The notes below the pieces were generated by a model. That model made no database searches. It was not told where the DNA came from and saw only the letters and a program-made list of their open reading frames with translations. From the IMG/VR virus record IMGVR_UViG_3300031867_000002, positions 32,001 to 96,000 of that record: a DNA stretch of 64,000 bases; one strand, given 5' to 3'. Positions 39,201 through 48,368 of this stretch are shown here, in pieces. A program made the translations under genes and the position numbers. Within the stretch, counting starts at the first letter, position 1, and each line of letters begins with the position of its first letter. This stretch comes from a virus (lineage: Duplodnaviria; Caudoviricetes).

Positions 39201-41531
39201 AGGACAGGTAAAGAGATTAAAGATTATATCAATTCTCATCCTACAGAACTATATACGAGTATAGATAGTTACAAAATGTTTACCTTTGTAACTAATAATA
39301 ACTATATTGTTACTACTAGTCTTGAAAGATTATATGCTACTATCAATAGAAACGGTAGTGTATCATTCTCTTATGTAGATGGCGATGGTATATATCATGA
39401 GAATGTAACTACTGATATAGAGCTTAGATACAGAGGACAAGTAAATCCTACTATTAAAATCAATACTACTGATTGTACTATTACTGATATAGATAAAGGC
39501 TTTACTGTTACTTATGCAGCAAATAAGACAGTCTATAATAATGATACTGAGCTATTAGAATTTTATGATGATAATAATAATTTACTTGTTACAATGCAAG
39601 TAGATAGAATTAGTTCATATACAAAACTTAGTATGTCACGTTGGAATATATCTAAACAAGATAACTATGTAATGATATTTAAGAATAGAGTATTGTATGA
39701 TAAGTACTATACTATTCATTATACAGATATTTCATTCGATGTAGATATGAATGAATCTGATGTAACAGATGATGATGTATTTGAATTTGTATTCTTCCTG
39801 AATGCTAATAACAGAATCATTGAAAAGAAATGTACATCAGCTAGTGATGTATCATTAACTGTTCCAAGTGCTTATATATCTAAGAGTAGTAATGGTATTA
39901 GAAAAGATACAAATAACGATGATATGGACAAAGGTTTATATCAAACTTTAACAAGTGATTATACTTTTGATAAACCTGCTATAGCATGTGATACAAGTTT
40001 ATTTGATGCAGAGAATATTCAATTGCTTGTAAATAAAATGCCTAGTCATAATGATGATACTTATAGTACATCTGATAATAAAGTTACGACATATGAGTTA
40101 AACCATGATGTATATTATTATAGAGCTACTATAGATAATGGTACTTCTGTAAACTATCAGAGATTTGTTTATAATATCGTGAAAGATACTAAAGTAAATG
40201 GTCTTTATAGACTTACTAAACAAGGTGGAGGAGAATATTTCTTAACCTTTGATGGTACAGTTCCAGAAAAGACAGATACTATAACTACAGATACATCTGA
40301 CCCAAAATTTATAGACTATGGTTATCCTACTGACAGAACTCTTACATTACCATATACAATATACTTATCTTCTAAACGTCAATTTAGATATCAACATCAT
40401 GTAATTTCAGAAAATCATGATTCTGCATATCTAATGACTTTGAATTCAGACTTTAAGTTCTGTACAAAGAATAGTCACGTACTGTTATTCAAGAATGGCC
40501 TATTATTACCACCAACTTATTACTATCTACATTCTATTATAAATACCCCTATAAATCATGTAGGTATAATATTCAATATTCCTCTTGTGAAAGATGATGT
40601 TATAGATGCATTCTATGTGACTAATGATTTACATCATCTTGAATGCGATTATTATGATGTCGTTAATCAAGAACGCTATATATCAAATGGTGATATTAGA
40701 TTAAACTCTCATGATAACGAATATAGAGTAATGGGTGAAGATAAAAACCAAGTAGATTATCCAGAAAAGACTGAGCATCCTGATTGGAGAACAAACTATA
40801 TTAAAATGCGTTCTCCATTATATGCAATTTCTAGTAAACATTCTACTTTTGTATTCTTAAATGGAAAGAAAGTTATGATGAGTGAACTAGAGGATATATC
40901 TGATACAATTATGTCTATCAATACAGATTATGCTCGTAATGGTGATGATATGGCTGCTGTACGTTTGGAAGTAATTAATCATTTAGATGTACAAGATATT
41001 ATTGAACAGATGTATATCAATGATGGTTTAATGCATAGTAAGTCAGATTGTAATCTTCAGTTTGGTAGTACAAACAAACCAGAATCTTATAAAGATACAT
41101 TACAGATAAATCAGTTTTCTCTTACAGACCTAGAGTCATATGCTAAGAGGACTTTATTAGACGAAATACTAAATGATTTGTCTGATGAGAATCTAAACAA
41201 GCTATTCTATAATTATGATAATGCTACTGGTCCTATGACTCAAGAAGGTGAATTAGAAGAACCAGACTTCATTAAACCAGACGAGATTATAGATGAAATT
41301 ATAGACGAGTATTATTATGAAGATGATGGTGATAAGTTTATTTGGCATACAATGCATGATGAAGACAACGGATTCTCTAATACAGTATTCTATATTGGTG
41401 AAAAGGATAGTGTTAGAGTACCTGTAATATGGGATGAAGAAAATGTAAAAGCATTATACGGTACAACCTTCAATAGAAATGATATTATTAAGAAAATCAT
41501 TATTCCTGAAGGTGTAGAAAGAATTGAGTAA
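36216..41531 (+). CDS. Large virion (tail/baseplate-associated) protein ending in a truncated BspA-type LRR
   Basis: 1771 aa with repeated beta-rich modules (F.NG, IFKN..L, LFKNG.L), a poly-Gly linker and C-terminal IKKIIIPEGVERIE. Confidence 0.7.
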   Translation: MSTYLEDAQGKIVSNPINETNTKYAYTPKNEDNVKDANNHPIDYQYMYNDDEPVSNIDTDVFSSYRNKTEELRTKTESYYEALESCLVPAEIPGMAFQPWEYRKDKDEDGNDILTKIKSLQYFFQDHPSNIGSDAKEFVFRTNKVKFVDDRHRRLIYDRKIHIMALQEDEDNKVSFKDVLLRTFFTYYNNQYWCNVRNLNGVQYTINNLMSSIITANTKTKDNEKLVVLVENEETGDMEEKVVESVLDFDYVMQSGQDINTTIPSTVYNLYNIGWIHASMIFLNGLAIQWTKAIISVDNIDTFVIVSGLDEPLSSYIDNEKEITMEYIHIPFKCIYTVGIENASNMNCPYREFLNSTKTKFDTVPFMFDRRYGAILQVSDYYKSATSHNTYYDRVICVDPNIKFAEFYLNEGNIKSNEFYLPDIGIQYNQDFRDFCNNDYRCKLKQFNFIGFELNKDINEEFGANSLLTLKNDDFKVTWHPFNILDIRFKRLYNNRRLFKVFYNTKVLYDQDNILRIKNHDKLADEYEKYRQDVTANIETYLNEVYLLAKKDIGTYINMNKKTYTYGYKYHYVTPYECFLLFNAIHGLLGRQTVSFDEFRKLNVINYEIHKKSSDDGGGGGGGGGGGTGDGFDYIYPEYIYDEPDDDDYPDDTPSSDTDDDDEPKIDTEHYVGYMRGGFVVYDDDHNFFSEMVKEKTLFDNEGNLNVDIRAFWETIIALDSVAYLTDFLIPIDDVRNKEDDEPVSSNLFYMYNGDNKGKIEPYSKYMTGYSFVQEYDDVSYDFLKLRFEMSYLNNMEEGATPVDEFIYYFDNDNFLKANAAPVVSSYDKRYTTNLLNALAYNVFKSDPHLVLESILKLNYSADYILPKSLPVNTSRDNIITSSETNSIYSDYHKDPRYFYNFGYYDNATPHKLVSEWGLRRNLPEMFYWALEEDEYTIDSMHLLDEVFDFTYGFDKSYEENLFGQGDKTKGMNYIIGYDADKIEATIKRGITSFSRTGKEIKDYINSHPTELYTSIDSYKMFTFVTNNNYIVTTSLERLYATINRNGSVSFSYVDGDGIYHENVTTDIELRYRGQVNPTIKINTTDCTITDIDKGFTVTYAANKTVYNNDTELLEFYDDNNNLLVTMQVDRISSYTKLSMSRWNISKQDNYVMIFKNRVLYDKYYTIHYTDISFDVDMNESDVTDDDVFEFVFFLNANNRIIEKKCTSASDVSLTVPSAYISKSSNGIRKDTNNDDMDKGLYQTLTSDYTFDKPAIACDTSLFDAENIQLLVNKMPSHNDDTYSTSDNKVTTYELNHDVYYYRATIDNGTSVNYQRFVYNIVKDTKVNGLYRLTKQGGGEYFLTFDGTVPEKTDTITTDTSDPKFIDYGYPTDRTLTLPYTIYLSSKRQFRYQHHVISENHDSAYLMTLNSDFKFCTKNSHVLLFKNGLLLPPTYYYLHSIINTPINHVGIIFNIPLVKDDVIDAFYVTNDLHHLECDYYDVVNQERYISNGDIRLNSHDNEYRVMGEDKNQVDYPEKTEHPDWRTNYIKMRSPLYAISSKHSTFVFLNGKKVMMSELEDISDTIMSINTDYARNGDDMAAVRLEVINHLDVQDIIEQMYINDGLMHSKSDCNLQFGSTNKPESYKDTLQINQFSLTDLESYAKRTLLDEILNDLSDENLNKLFYNYDNATGPMTQEGELEEPDFIKPDEIIDEIIDEYYYEDDGDKFIWHTMHDEDNGFSNTVFYIGEKDSVRVPVIWDEENVKALYGTTFNRNDIIKKIIIPEGVERIE

Positions 41532-41551
41532 TAGAGAGGTGGTAATTATAT

Positions 41552-42628
41552 ATGGCTTATTCAGGGCAAGGACAAGGTACATCTACCGACCCATACCAAG
41601 TTACAACATTATATCAGCTATTAGAAGTTTTTAAAATATACAATGCTTCTGCCGTTGTACAACCACAAGTATATTGTAAGTTAATGAATGATATAGATTT
41701 CAATGACTATCAAGAGTATTGGTCTGTACCGAATGAATTATTTTATGCTAATAATACATCAACTGATACTTATAAACGTACTAAATTTATATATATAGAT
41801 GGAAATGGTTACGGTTTATATAATATGTATTGTTATAATAATACTTCTGTGTTTAAATGCTTTTCTACTACATCATCTTATCATAATGATATAATAATAA
41901 AAAATATAATTATAGAAGCTATATATATAATGAGCATTAGTAATAGTGGTAGTGATGGTGCTGATAAGCATAGATTTTGTAGTAGTGAGAGTTATTATTC
42001 TAGTGCTGTACATTTTATAAATAGTGATATAAGATTAAAATTATATGCATATACTACACCAAATCAATATTCTACTATGTTTTATATGTCATACTTTACA
42101 AATTGTATTATAAATATTGATATTATTTGTAATAACACTGTGTATATCAACAATTCTAGTGGTTATGATTATGGTTATGGTTACGATATTATTCAACAAT
42201 CTAGTACTAGTAGTGGAAACGATACAGACTATTCTAATTATTATAATGAATGGAATATACGTATTTTAGGAATTATGGAACAATCTGCAGGTACTAATTA
42301 TTATTTATCTCTTCTTGCTAGTGACCATAAATTTAGTTCATTCTTTATAGAAATGGTTGGTATTAAATCTAATATAGGAAATATTAGAATATCAGGAGGT
42401 TCTTACTTTTCTAATTGTTATTTTGTTGTTAAAAACAATAATTCGACATATACTGGAACTATGAAATTTGATTATTTTGTTACTGGTATTAATTTTTACG
42501 ATAAAGATATTGCGGATAATCACATTGTGGATACTCATAGCGGAAGTGGTTCATTACTTGCACTTACAACAGCACAATGTAAGAATGCAGAATATCTAGA
42601 ACAACAAGGATTCATTATAGCTAGATAA
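41552..42628 (+). CDS. Putative adhesin/receptor-binding protein A
   Basis: N-terminal GQGTSTDPYQV, Y.KL..DIDFND, IDG and C-terminal LTTAQCKN..YL...GF; paralog of 43247-44305. Confidence 0.6.
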   Translation: MAYSGQGQGTSTDPYQVTTLYQLLEVFKIYNASAVVQPQVYCKLMNDIDFNDYQEYWSVPNELFYANNTSTDTYKRTKFIYIDGNGYGLYNMYCYNNTSVFKCFSTTSSYHNDIIIKNIIIEAIYIMSISNSGSDGADKHRFCSSESYYSSAVHFINSDIRLKLYAYTTPNQYSTMFYMSYFTNCIINIDIICNNTVYINNSSGYDYGYGYDIIQQSSTSSGNDTDYSNYYNEWNIRILGIMEQSAGTNYYLSLLASDHKFSSFFIEMVGIKSNIGNIRISGGSYFSNCYFVVKNNNSTYTGTMKFDYFVTGINFYDKDIADNHIVDTHSGSGSLLALTTAQCKNAEYLEQQGFIIAR

Positions 42629-42639
42629 GAGGTGATTAT

Positions 42640-43194
42640 ATGTCTAGTTTTATTATAAATCCTAATAAGAGAGATGGATACCCTGTTATAGATGATAATA
42701 CACATGATTTTGGTCCTACACAAACTACTCCATATCCAAAAAGAGAATTCTATACTGGTTCTGATTTATTAGACGGGTATCCTATAATGGATGGTTGGAA
42801 AAGTTTTAGTCCAGTACAAGATAGCATATATCCAAGTAACATGTTTAGGATTGATGCTAGTAAAATGCAAGGCTATCCATCATTTTCATTCTTTGGAGAT
42901 TTTAGTCCAGTACAAGATAACATATATCCAAGTAACATGTTTAATATTGATGCTAGTAAAATGCAGGGCTATCCATCATTCTCATTCTTCGGAGATTTTA
43001 AAAATTTTGGAGCATTTGAATTTGCTGAAAATTTAACTAAGATAACAATACCTAGAAGTGTTCGGTATGTATGTGATTACGCTTTCTGGGGTTGTAATAA
43101 TTTAAAAAAAGTTCGTATACATCCAGATTGTGTATACTTTTCACATTCTTTTCCAGAAGAATGCGAAATTCAATTCTATGAAGAAAACGAATAG
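42640..43194 (+). CDS. DGYP-repeat protein with C-terminal BspA-type LRR (adaptor A)
   Basis: Four [D/Q]GYP repeats, then GAFEFAENLTKITIPRSVRYVCDYAFWGCNNLKKV. Confidence 0.7.
   Translation: MSSFIINPNKRDGYPVIDDNTHDFGPTQTTPYPKREFYTGSDLLDGYPIMDGWKSFSPVQDSIYPSNMFRIDASKMQGYPSFSFFGDFSPVQDNIYPSNMFNIDASKMQGYPSFSFFGDFKNFGAFEFAENLTKITIPRSVRYVCDYAFWGCNNLKKVRIHPDCVYFSHSFPEECEIQFYEENE
42805..42996 (+). repeat. 96-bp in-frame tandem duplication (2 copies)
   Basis: 42805-42900 matches 42901-42996 (FSPVQD.IYPSNMF.IDASKMQGYPSFSFFGD). Confidence 0.95.
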
Positions 43195-43246
43195 AATATA
43201 TGGCTAGCTCATATGAGCTAGCCTATTATGTAAAGGAGGTAAGTTT

Positions 43247-44305
43247 ATGGCTGTTACGCTTGAAGGACAAGGTACAGAAGATAGTCCTTACTTAGTATCT
43301 AATCCTGCTGAATTAAGAGCTGCTGTACAAATAGCTGATTGTTATATCAAACTTAAAACTGATATAGACTTTAATGACGATACTGTTATATGGGGATGGG
43401 AACCGCTTATGATATATTGCAAACAAATAGATGGTGATAATCATAAGATAACTAACTGTTATTGTTATCAAAAGTCTTTCATGATTGGTTGTGTTGGAGA
43501 AAACAATCCTTTTATTATGAAGAATACTATTATAGAAGCAATATATTTAACTAGTGCAACTCAAAGTAATGGTACTGGAGCTACTAATGGTGCATTTATT
43601 TTTCCATCATATTATAATATAAGTCGTATTTATATGTTTTTCTATGATTGCGATTTTAGAATTAAGTATTATGTAGAAAAAGACGATGCAATTCTTTTTT
43701 ATAATGCAGTTTCTTTTAATGGTGGTATGGTTTTTATTAGAAGATGTATATTAAATTTAGACATATTTCCAAATAATCATGACCAAATAAATATTTTTAA
43801 ATTAACTAGAACTGGTGTAGAAAGTAGTTTGATTAGTAATAATGAGATAAAGATAAATCTACATTTAGCTAATAATTTGTTTACTGGTAAAGAAGCCTTT
43901 AATAGAGATACAAGTTTAACTTCAAATTCTAAATCTTTATTACATATTTATTACACAGGCGGTAGTTATGATATTCCATATTTTACAAATAATGCTACAT
44001 TTATTAATATAGATGGTATAAATGAGAACTTACCATCTAAACTATGTATTTTATTATCATACGCTAAATCAATATCTAATTGTTATTTTATACTAAATGA
44101 TGTTAAAGGTAACTATCTTTCTTCTAAAGAGATACATTTTAAAATATTTTATGGAGGAGCTTGTTCTACATCTTGTTTTATGAATAATAAAGCTAAGTTC
44201 TATAATAAAAGCCTTACAAATAATGAACCGAACATGCATATTCTGACAGATGAACAATGTAAGAATCTACAAGAATTACTTAATATAGGATTTCTTGTTG
44301 TATAA
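43247..44305 (+). CDS. Putative adhesin/receptor-binding protein B
   Basis: GQGTEDSPYLV, YIKLKTDIDFND, IDG, IIEAIY and C-terminal LTDEQCKN...L..GF. Confidence 0.6.
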   Translation: MAVTLEGQGTEDSPYLVSNPAELRAAVQIADCYIKLKTDIDFNDDTVIWGWEPLMIYCKQIDGDNHKITNCYCYQKSFMIGCVGENNPFIMKNTIIEAIYLTSATQSNGTGATNGAFIFPSYYNISRIYMFFYDCDFRIKYYVEKDDAILFYNAVSFNGGMVFIRRCILNLDIFPNNHDQINIFKLTRTGVESSLISNNEIKINLHLANNLFTGKEAFNRDTSLTSNSKSLLHIYYTGGSYDIPYFTNNATFINIDGINENLPSKLCILLSYAKSISNCYFILNDVKGNYLSSKEIHFKIFYGGACSTSCFMNNKAKFYNKSLTNNEPNMHILTDEQCKNLQELLNIGFLVV

Positions 44306-44318
44306 GAGGTGATGTATT

Positions 44319-44906
44319 ATGGCTGGTGGTGGAACTTTACAAGAACCTGAAATCATAACAAAAGCTTGGTGGGAATCTGATTTTACTTTAAATCCAGATG
44401 TATTAGACGGGTATCCTTCTTTTGCTGAATTAGGTAATTTTAAAGATAATACTATGGATTCTAAATATAACTTTACTAGTCATGTACAAGACTTAAATGG
44501 TTATCCATCTTTAAGATTAGGTCCTATAGTAGATTATAATTTTAATTCACATTACGTTTTTGCTACAGGAACAGACTATTTAAACGGTTATCCATCTTTA
44601 CAACAAGAGTATGTAAATATAATAGACGACTTTCTTATATATTCTAAGTATGTATTCTCTCATCAACAAGATAATACTTATATAGATGGATATCCAACAT
44701 TAGGACAACAAGATTTTGAACATTTTGGTGTTGCTAAAGATTGTACATTAGAAGAAGTTGTTATTCCAAAGTCTGTTATATTTATAGCAGACTGGGCATT
44801 CTATAATTCTAATATAACATCTGTAAAGATAAATAGACATTGTGTTTATTATCCTCATTCATTTCCTCCTGGATGTCATATTAAGCCTTATAATGATGAG
44901 GGATGA
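44319..44906 (+). CDS. DGYP-repeat protein with C-terminal BspA-type LRR (adaptor B)
   Basis: Four [D/N]GYP repeats, then LEEVVIPKSVIFIADWAFYNSNITSVKI..CVYYPHSFP. Confidence 0.7.
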   Translation: MAGGGTLQEPEIITKAWWESDFTLNPDVLDGYPSFAELGNFKDNTMDSKYNFTSHVQDLNGYPSLRLGPIVDYNFNSHYVFATGTDYLNGYPSLQQEYVNIIDDFLIYSKYVFSHQQDNTYIDGYPTLGQQDFEHFGVAKDCTLEEVVIPKSVIFIADWAFYNSNITSVKINRHCVYYPHSFPPGCHIKPYNDEG

Positions 44907-44984
44907 TATATCATCCCTCATCTCTTTATCTTGAACAATATTATAAAACATAGACTCTTAAAAAGAGTCGGAAAGGATTGTGTT

Positions 44985-45821
44985 ATGGAAACTACAACTA
45001 TTATTGAAACAACATTGCAAAATACTGCTGATAACTATACTGGTGAAGTAGACAAATATACTCAGCTTATAAATACATATGGCGCATCAGCAGTTATTAT
45101 TGCAGTCTTTCTAGTTATTCTATTAGCGGTAGTAACTTATCTATTGCGGAGTAATCAGAAGACAAACAACCAACTTATTGAACAACAACAAGATTTGGTT
45201 AATATGTTGGTAGAGATGGCTAAGAAGGAAGATAGTAAACCATCGGAAGAAAACAATAAACCTAAGATTATTAAAGAACCTAATCTAGTAGAGACATTCT
45301 TAAATATCAATGGTAGTATTAAAGATACACTTAAGGATATCTCAGATGAATTGAATGCAGATAGAACTTCTGTATATGTATTTCATAATGGTGTGTTCTC
45401 TTCTCATGGATTACCATTCTTTAAGATTTCTTGTGTATGTGAAGTTGTAAAAAAGAATGTTGGCGTTATTAAGAATCTTAAATCGCACTCTGGCTTACCA
45501 CTTCAAATGTTTGATAATACTATATCTAATATCTATAAGAATGGTAATATGACAATTCAAGATACTGATAACGAGGAAGATGATTTAGTTTCTAGTTCTC
45601 CTGTATTATGCGGCATGTTAAAGAACAATAATATTAAGTCTGCTACTGGAATAGCAATATATGACCATGATAATAATATTATGGGTATTTTAATGGTTGA
45701 ATATGTAGATAAGAAAGACCCAATTCTATTAGAAGAAGCTACTAAATGTCTGATTAATAAAGCTCCATTATTATCACCTGTATTAGAATTCTCTGGTATT
45801 TACGATACAACTAATAAGTAA
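44985..45821 (+). CDS. Single-TM protein with GAF-like domain (T4 gpT-like holin candidate)
   Basis: TM segment AVIIAVFLVILLAVVTYLL, then ADRTSVYVFHNG...GILMVEY; late promoter at 44934. Confidence 0.55.
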   Translation: METTTIIETTLQNTADNYTGEVDKYTQLINTYGASAVIIAVFLVILLAVVTYLLRSNQKTNNQLIEQQQDLVNMLVEMAKKEDSKPSEENNKPKIIKEPNLVETFLNINGSIKDTLKDISDELNADRTSVYVFHNGVFSSHGLPFFKISCVCEVVKKNVGVIKNLKSHSGLPLQMFDNTISNIYKNGNMTIQDTDNEEDDLVSSSPVLCGMLKNNNIKSATGIAIYDHDNNIMGILMVEYVDKKDPILLEEATKCLINKAPLLSPVLEFSGIYDTTNK

Positions 45822-45850
45822 GGTATACCTCCATGTACTATATAGAAATG

Positions 45851-45882
45851 AATACGGGGTGCATTTTTAGCACCCCGTATTT
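45851..45882. terminator. Bidirectional terminator
   Basis: AATACGGGGTGC/GCACCCCGTATT hairpin between convergent genes. Confidence 0.8.
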
Positions 45883-45883
45883 G

Positions 45884-46228
45884 TTATGGTTCTTCAGGAG
45901 TACCATCATAAAGAACAATCAATCTATTACCATCAATAGGTGTAGCAACATCTAATCTAACAGGGTCGATATCTTTAAGTGCTTCATTGATAATATTTTC
46001 TGCTTCTTCTGGATTAGCGATAGAATAAGGAATAATCTTAACCTGAGGGATAATCTTATCACCTTCTGCGTCAGCATCCATAAAGATAATCACCGAGCTA
46101 TGATGACCATTGTTTACGATATTGTAACCAATGAAATCCTTTACAGTTTTAAGAACCTCATTAAGCTTTTTCTCAGCATCTTTAGCATCAGCAAAGCCAA
46201 TCTTAATAACCTTACTAGTAACAGCCAT
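45884..46228 (-). CDS. Protein with two Cse60/DUF2758-like repeats
   Basis: Unit pattern KVIKI...AEKKLNEVL...VIIF occurs twice; AGGAGG RBS. Confidence 0.5.
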   Translation of the reverse strand: MAVTSKVIKIGFADAKDAEKKLNEVLKTVKDFIGYNIVNNGHHSSVIIFMDADAEGDKIIPQVKIIPYSIANPEEAENIINEALKDIDPVRLDVATPIDGNRLIVLYDGTPEEP

Positions 46229-46248
46229 TGGTAAATCCTCCTTTATAA

Positions 46249-46776
46249 TTATTCTTCACTAAACAGAATCATCATATTATGATTCTTGTTTAGCATAAAG
46301 CTATCAAACGGTTGTAATCCCCAATCAGGGTCATCATCCAACTGTTGTAAAAACATAGAGATTCTTCTGCTAGCTGCTTTTACATCAGATGGGTTATTGA
46401 TGATTTTTACTCTTGGGAATTCACCTGCTTTATTTTCATACAGAATGATATATACAAACTCTGCTGGGTTACAAATAGATAGGAAGTTCTTATCTTCATC
46501 CATTTCCATTTCTAACATAGCATCATTGATAATCTTTTCTGTCTTGACCATATCTTGAGAACCTTGAATAACCTTAACTCCAATGCTAGGAGATGCAGAG
46601 CCAGAACCTTCTGACTTTTCATATACAAGCATATACTTATTAGCATCAGTAGCTTTAATTAAATCAGTAAGCCATTCAAGCTTAAAGTCATGTTCAAGTT
46701 TTGTGATAGCAAAGTTAATCTCTTTTTCATTATCTGTCGTATTAGCAGACATAGGAATATAAAAGACTTGCTTCAT
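46249..46776 (-). CDS. Protein with three Cse60/DUF2758-like repeats
   Basis: Unit pattern VK.I...E..IN.A....ILY occurs three times; AAGGAGG RBS. Confidence 0.5.
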   Translation of the reverse strand: MKQVFYIPMSANTTDNEKEINFAITKLEHDFKLEWLTDLIKATDANKYMLVYEKSEGSGSASPSIGVKVIQGSQDMVKTEKIINDAMLEMEMDEDKNFLSICNPAEFVYIILYENKAGEFPRVKIINNPSDVKAASRRISMFLQQLDDDPDWGLQPFDSFMLNKNHNMMILFSEE

Positions 46777-46847
46777 AGGCTACCTCCTTACTATATAACA
46801 GCAATAATATCTTTAATATAAAGTTACGTAGGCTGAGAGACAAAATT

Positions 46848-47093
46848 TTACACTTCACATTGTTTAGTCTCAGCTAACTTCAATGCTTCAATTAATTGAG
46901 TATGATATTCTTCATCTGTATACTCACCAGTATTAAATTTATTAAGTTCAAAGTTGATAAGCTTAATGAGATTATAAATCTCCATCATATTATCTGCAGA
47001 CTTAACAGCTTCTAAGTAATCCATTCTCATGACACTACCCTCCTCTATTCCATCAATAAAAGATGCATATTTAATATGATGCTTATCGTACAT
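46848..47093 (-). CDS. Small helical hypothetical protein, paralog of 47097-47288
   Basis: Shared Y.TQL.EAL..AE C-terminus; GAGGAGG RBS. Confidence 0.65.
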   Translation of the reverse strand: MYDKHHIKYASFIDGIEEGSVMRMDYLEAVKSADNMMEIYNLIKLINFELNKFNTGEYTDEEYHTQLIEALKLAETKQCEV

Positions 47094-47096
47094 ATA

Positions 47097-47288
47097 TTAT
47101 TCCTCCTCGTAGATAAGTCTATTTTTCCTCTTCTCTGCATATTGTAATGCTTCTTCTAACTGAGTTCTATATGTGTCATCTATATCTGTACGTTTAAGTT
47201 CATCCTCTATATTACTTATAATATAGTATAGCTTTATAGACCCATATATCTCAGATATATGATTAATGATTGGGTTATTACTAAGCAT
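47097..47288 (-). CDS. Small helical hypothetical protein
   Basis: YRTQLEEALQYAE. Confidence 0.6.
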   Translation of the reverse strand: MLSNNPIINHISEIYGSIKLYYIISNIEDELKRTDIDDTYRTQLEEALQYAEKRKNRLIYEEE

Positions 47289-47347
47289 GATATAACACCA
47301 CTTTCTAGAGTCACTACCTACAATTAAGTAGGTAGTGACATAATATA

Positions 47348-47557
47348 TTATTTATCTTGTAGAGATTCCATGCCTATATTGCTAGATTCTGAAACGATAG
47401 TCTGTTCTCTCATATTTAAATCCGCTTTAATATTATTCTTATTAAGCAGTCTAGCTACAGCTTTCTTATATGGTGCTACATATACAAAAGCGTCACCATA
47501 TGTCTTAGCCTCTATCTTAGCCTCTTCAATCATCTGTAAACAATTTGTATCTTTCAT
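47348..47557 (-). CDS. Small hypothetical protein
   Basis: AAGGAGG RBS; followed by hairpin at 47310-47339. Confidence 0.6.
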   Translation of the reverse strand: MKDTNCLQMIEEAKIEAKTYGDAFVYVAPYKKAVARLLNKNNIKADLNMREQTIVSESSNIGMESLQDK

Positions 47558-47570
47558 TGTGATTTCCTCC

Positions 47571-48275
47571 TTAATAATATAACTCTCTGATTATGGTTGG
47601 GTCATTCTGATATTGGTATTCAAAGAGAGGGTCTAATTTATAGAATCTCCATCCAGCTGTAGTAGCTTGCATTCCTCTAAGACAATCTGATATATGCTTT
47701 GGTTCAAGTCCATGATTTTGTCCAAACATAGTTTGATTGTTTGTGATATATACTTGTCCCTGTGGTGACATAGCTAAAAATTTATATACTCTTGTAGAAT
47801 TTCTAGATTGACGTTCTGGTATAGTCCAACTAATATTACCTTTTACATATCCAAGATTATTATTCATTCTATCCATAGAAATCTTTTTATCTGGATATGT
47901 ATTTTTAGCAACTAAATATCTACCATATTGGTCATCCCAAAAATCTACAAACGCATCATAATCAGTAGTAAGTCCTCTTCCACCATATCTATCATAGTGT
48001 GGATTATTTGGATTATAAATTCTATCTTTCATATGAGCCCATACATCATAGAATTTCGGGTCTTGTTTTTTTAATCCAAAACCACAAGCTACTGCGTGTA
48101 GAGAACAATTAGGTCTATCTCTAAGATTACCTTCATATATATCCTTTTCTCTACCACAAATGTTACATCTACACTTTAACATTTTACGATTGTTTTTGAC
48201 ATCTCGGAAACCTTGTACTACTGTCATATCTCCAATAATATCACCGACTAAAATTTCATTAAACTTTCTAGGCAT
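47571..48275 (-). CDS. Free-standing HNH homing endonuclease-like protein
   Basis: CRCNICG, W..MKDR.YNPN..Y..YGGRG, SMDRMNNNLGY..GNI.W and a NUMOD-like C-terminus. Confidence 0.8.
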   Translation of the reverse strand: MPRKFNEILVGDIIGDMTVVQGFRDVKNNRKMLKCRCNICGREKDIYEGNLRDRPNCSLHAVACGFGLKKQDPKFYDVWAHMKDRIYNPNNPHYDRYGGRGLTTDYDAFVDFWDDQYGRYLVAKNTYPDKKISMDRMNNNLGYVKGNISWTIPERQSRNSTRVYKFLAMSPQGQVYITNNQTMFGQNHGLEPKHISDCLRGMQATTAGWRFYKLDPLFEYQYQNDPTIIRELYY

Positions 48276-48368
48276 AATAAATTACCTACCTTTCTTAATT
48301 ATTTTACTTTTATGTTAGTAAATTAATTAAAAAATACGTTATGGTAATTCAAATACCCTAAAATATTA

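Noticed and set aside
41520-41560. Frameshift or readthrough fusing the 1771-aa protein to the downstream LRR
   Set aside because: There is a clean TAA-TAG double stop and a new RBS, and the complementary LRR half lies over 1.4 kb away behind another gene. A trans interaction is more plausible.
41552-44305. Diversity-generating retroelement acting on the adhesins
   Set aside because: No reverse transcriptase in the window and no TR/VR pair differing only at adenines. The two adhesins are diverged paralogs.
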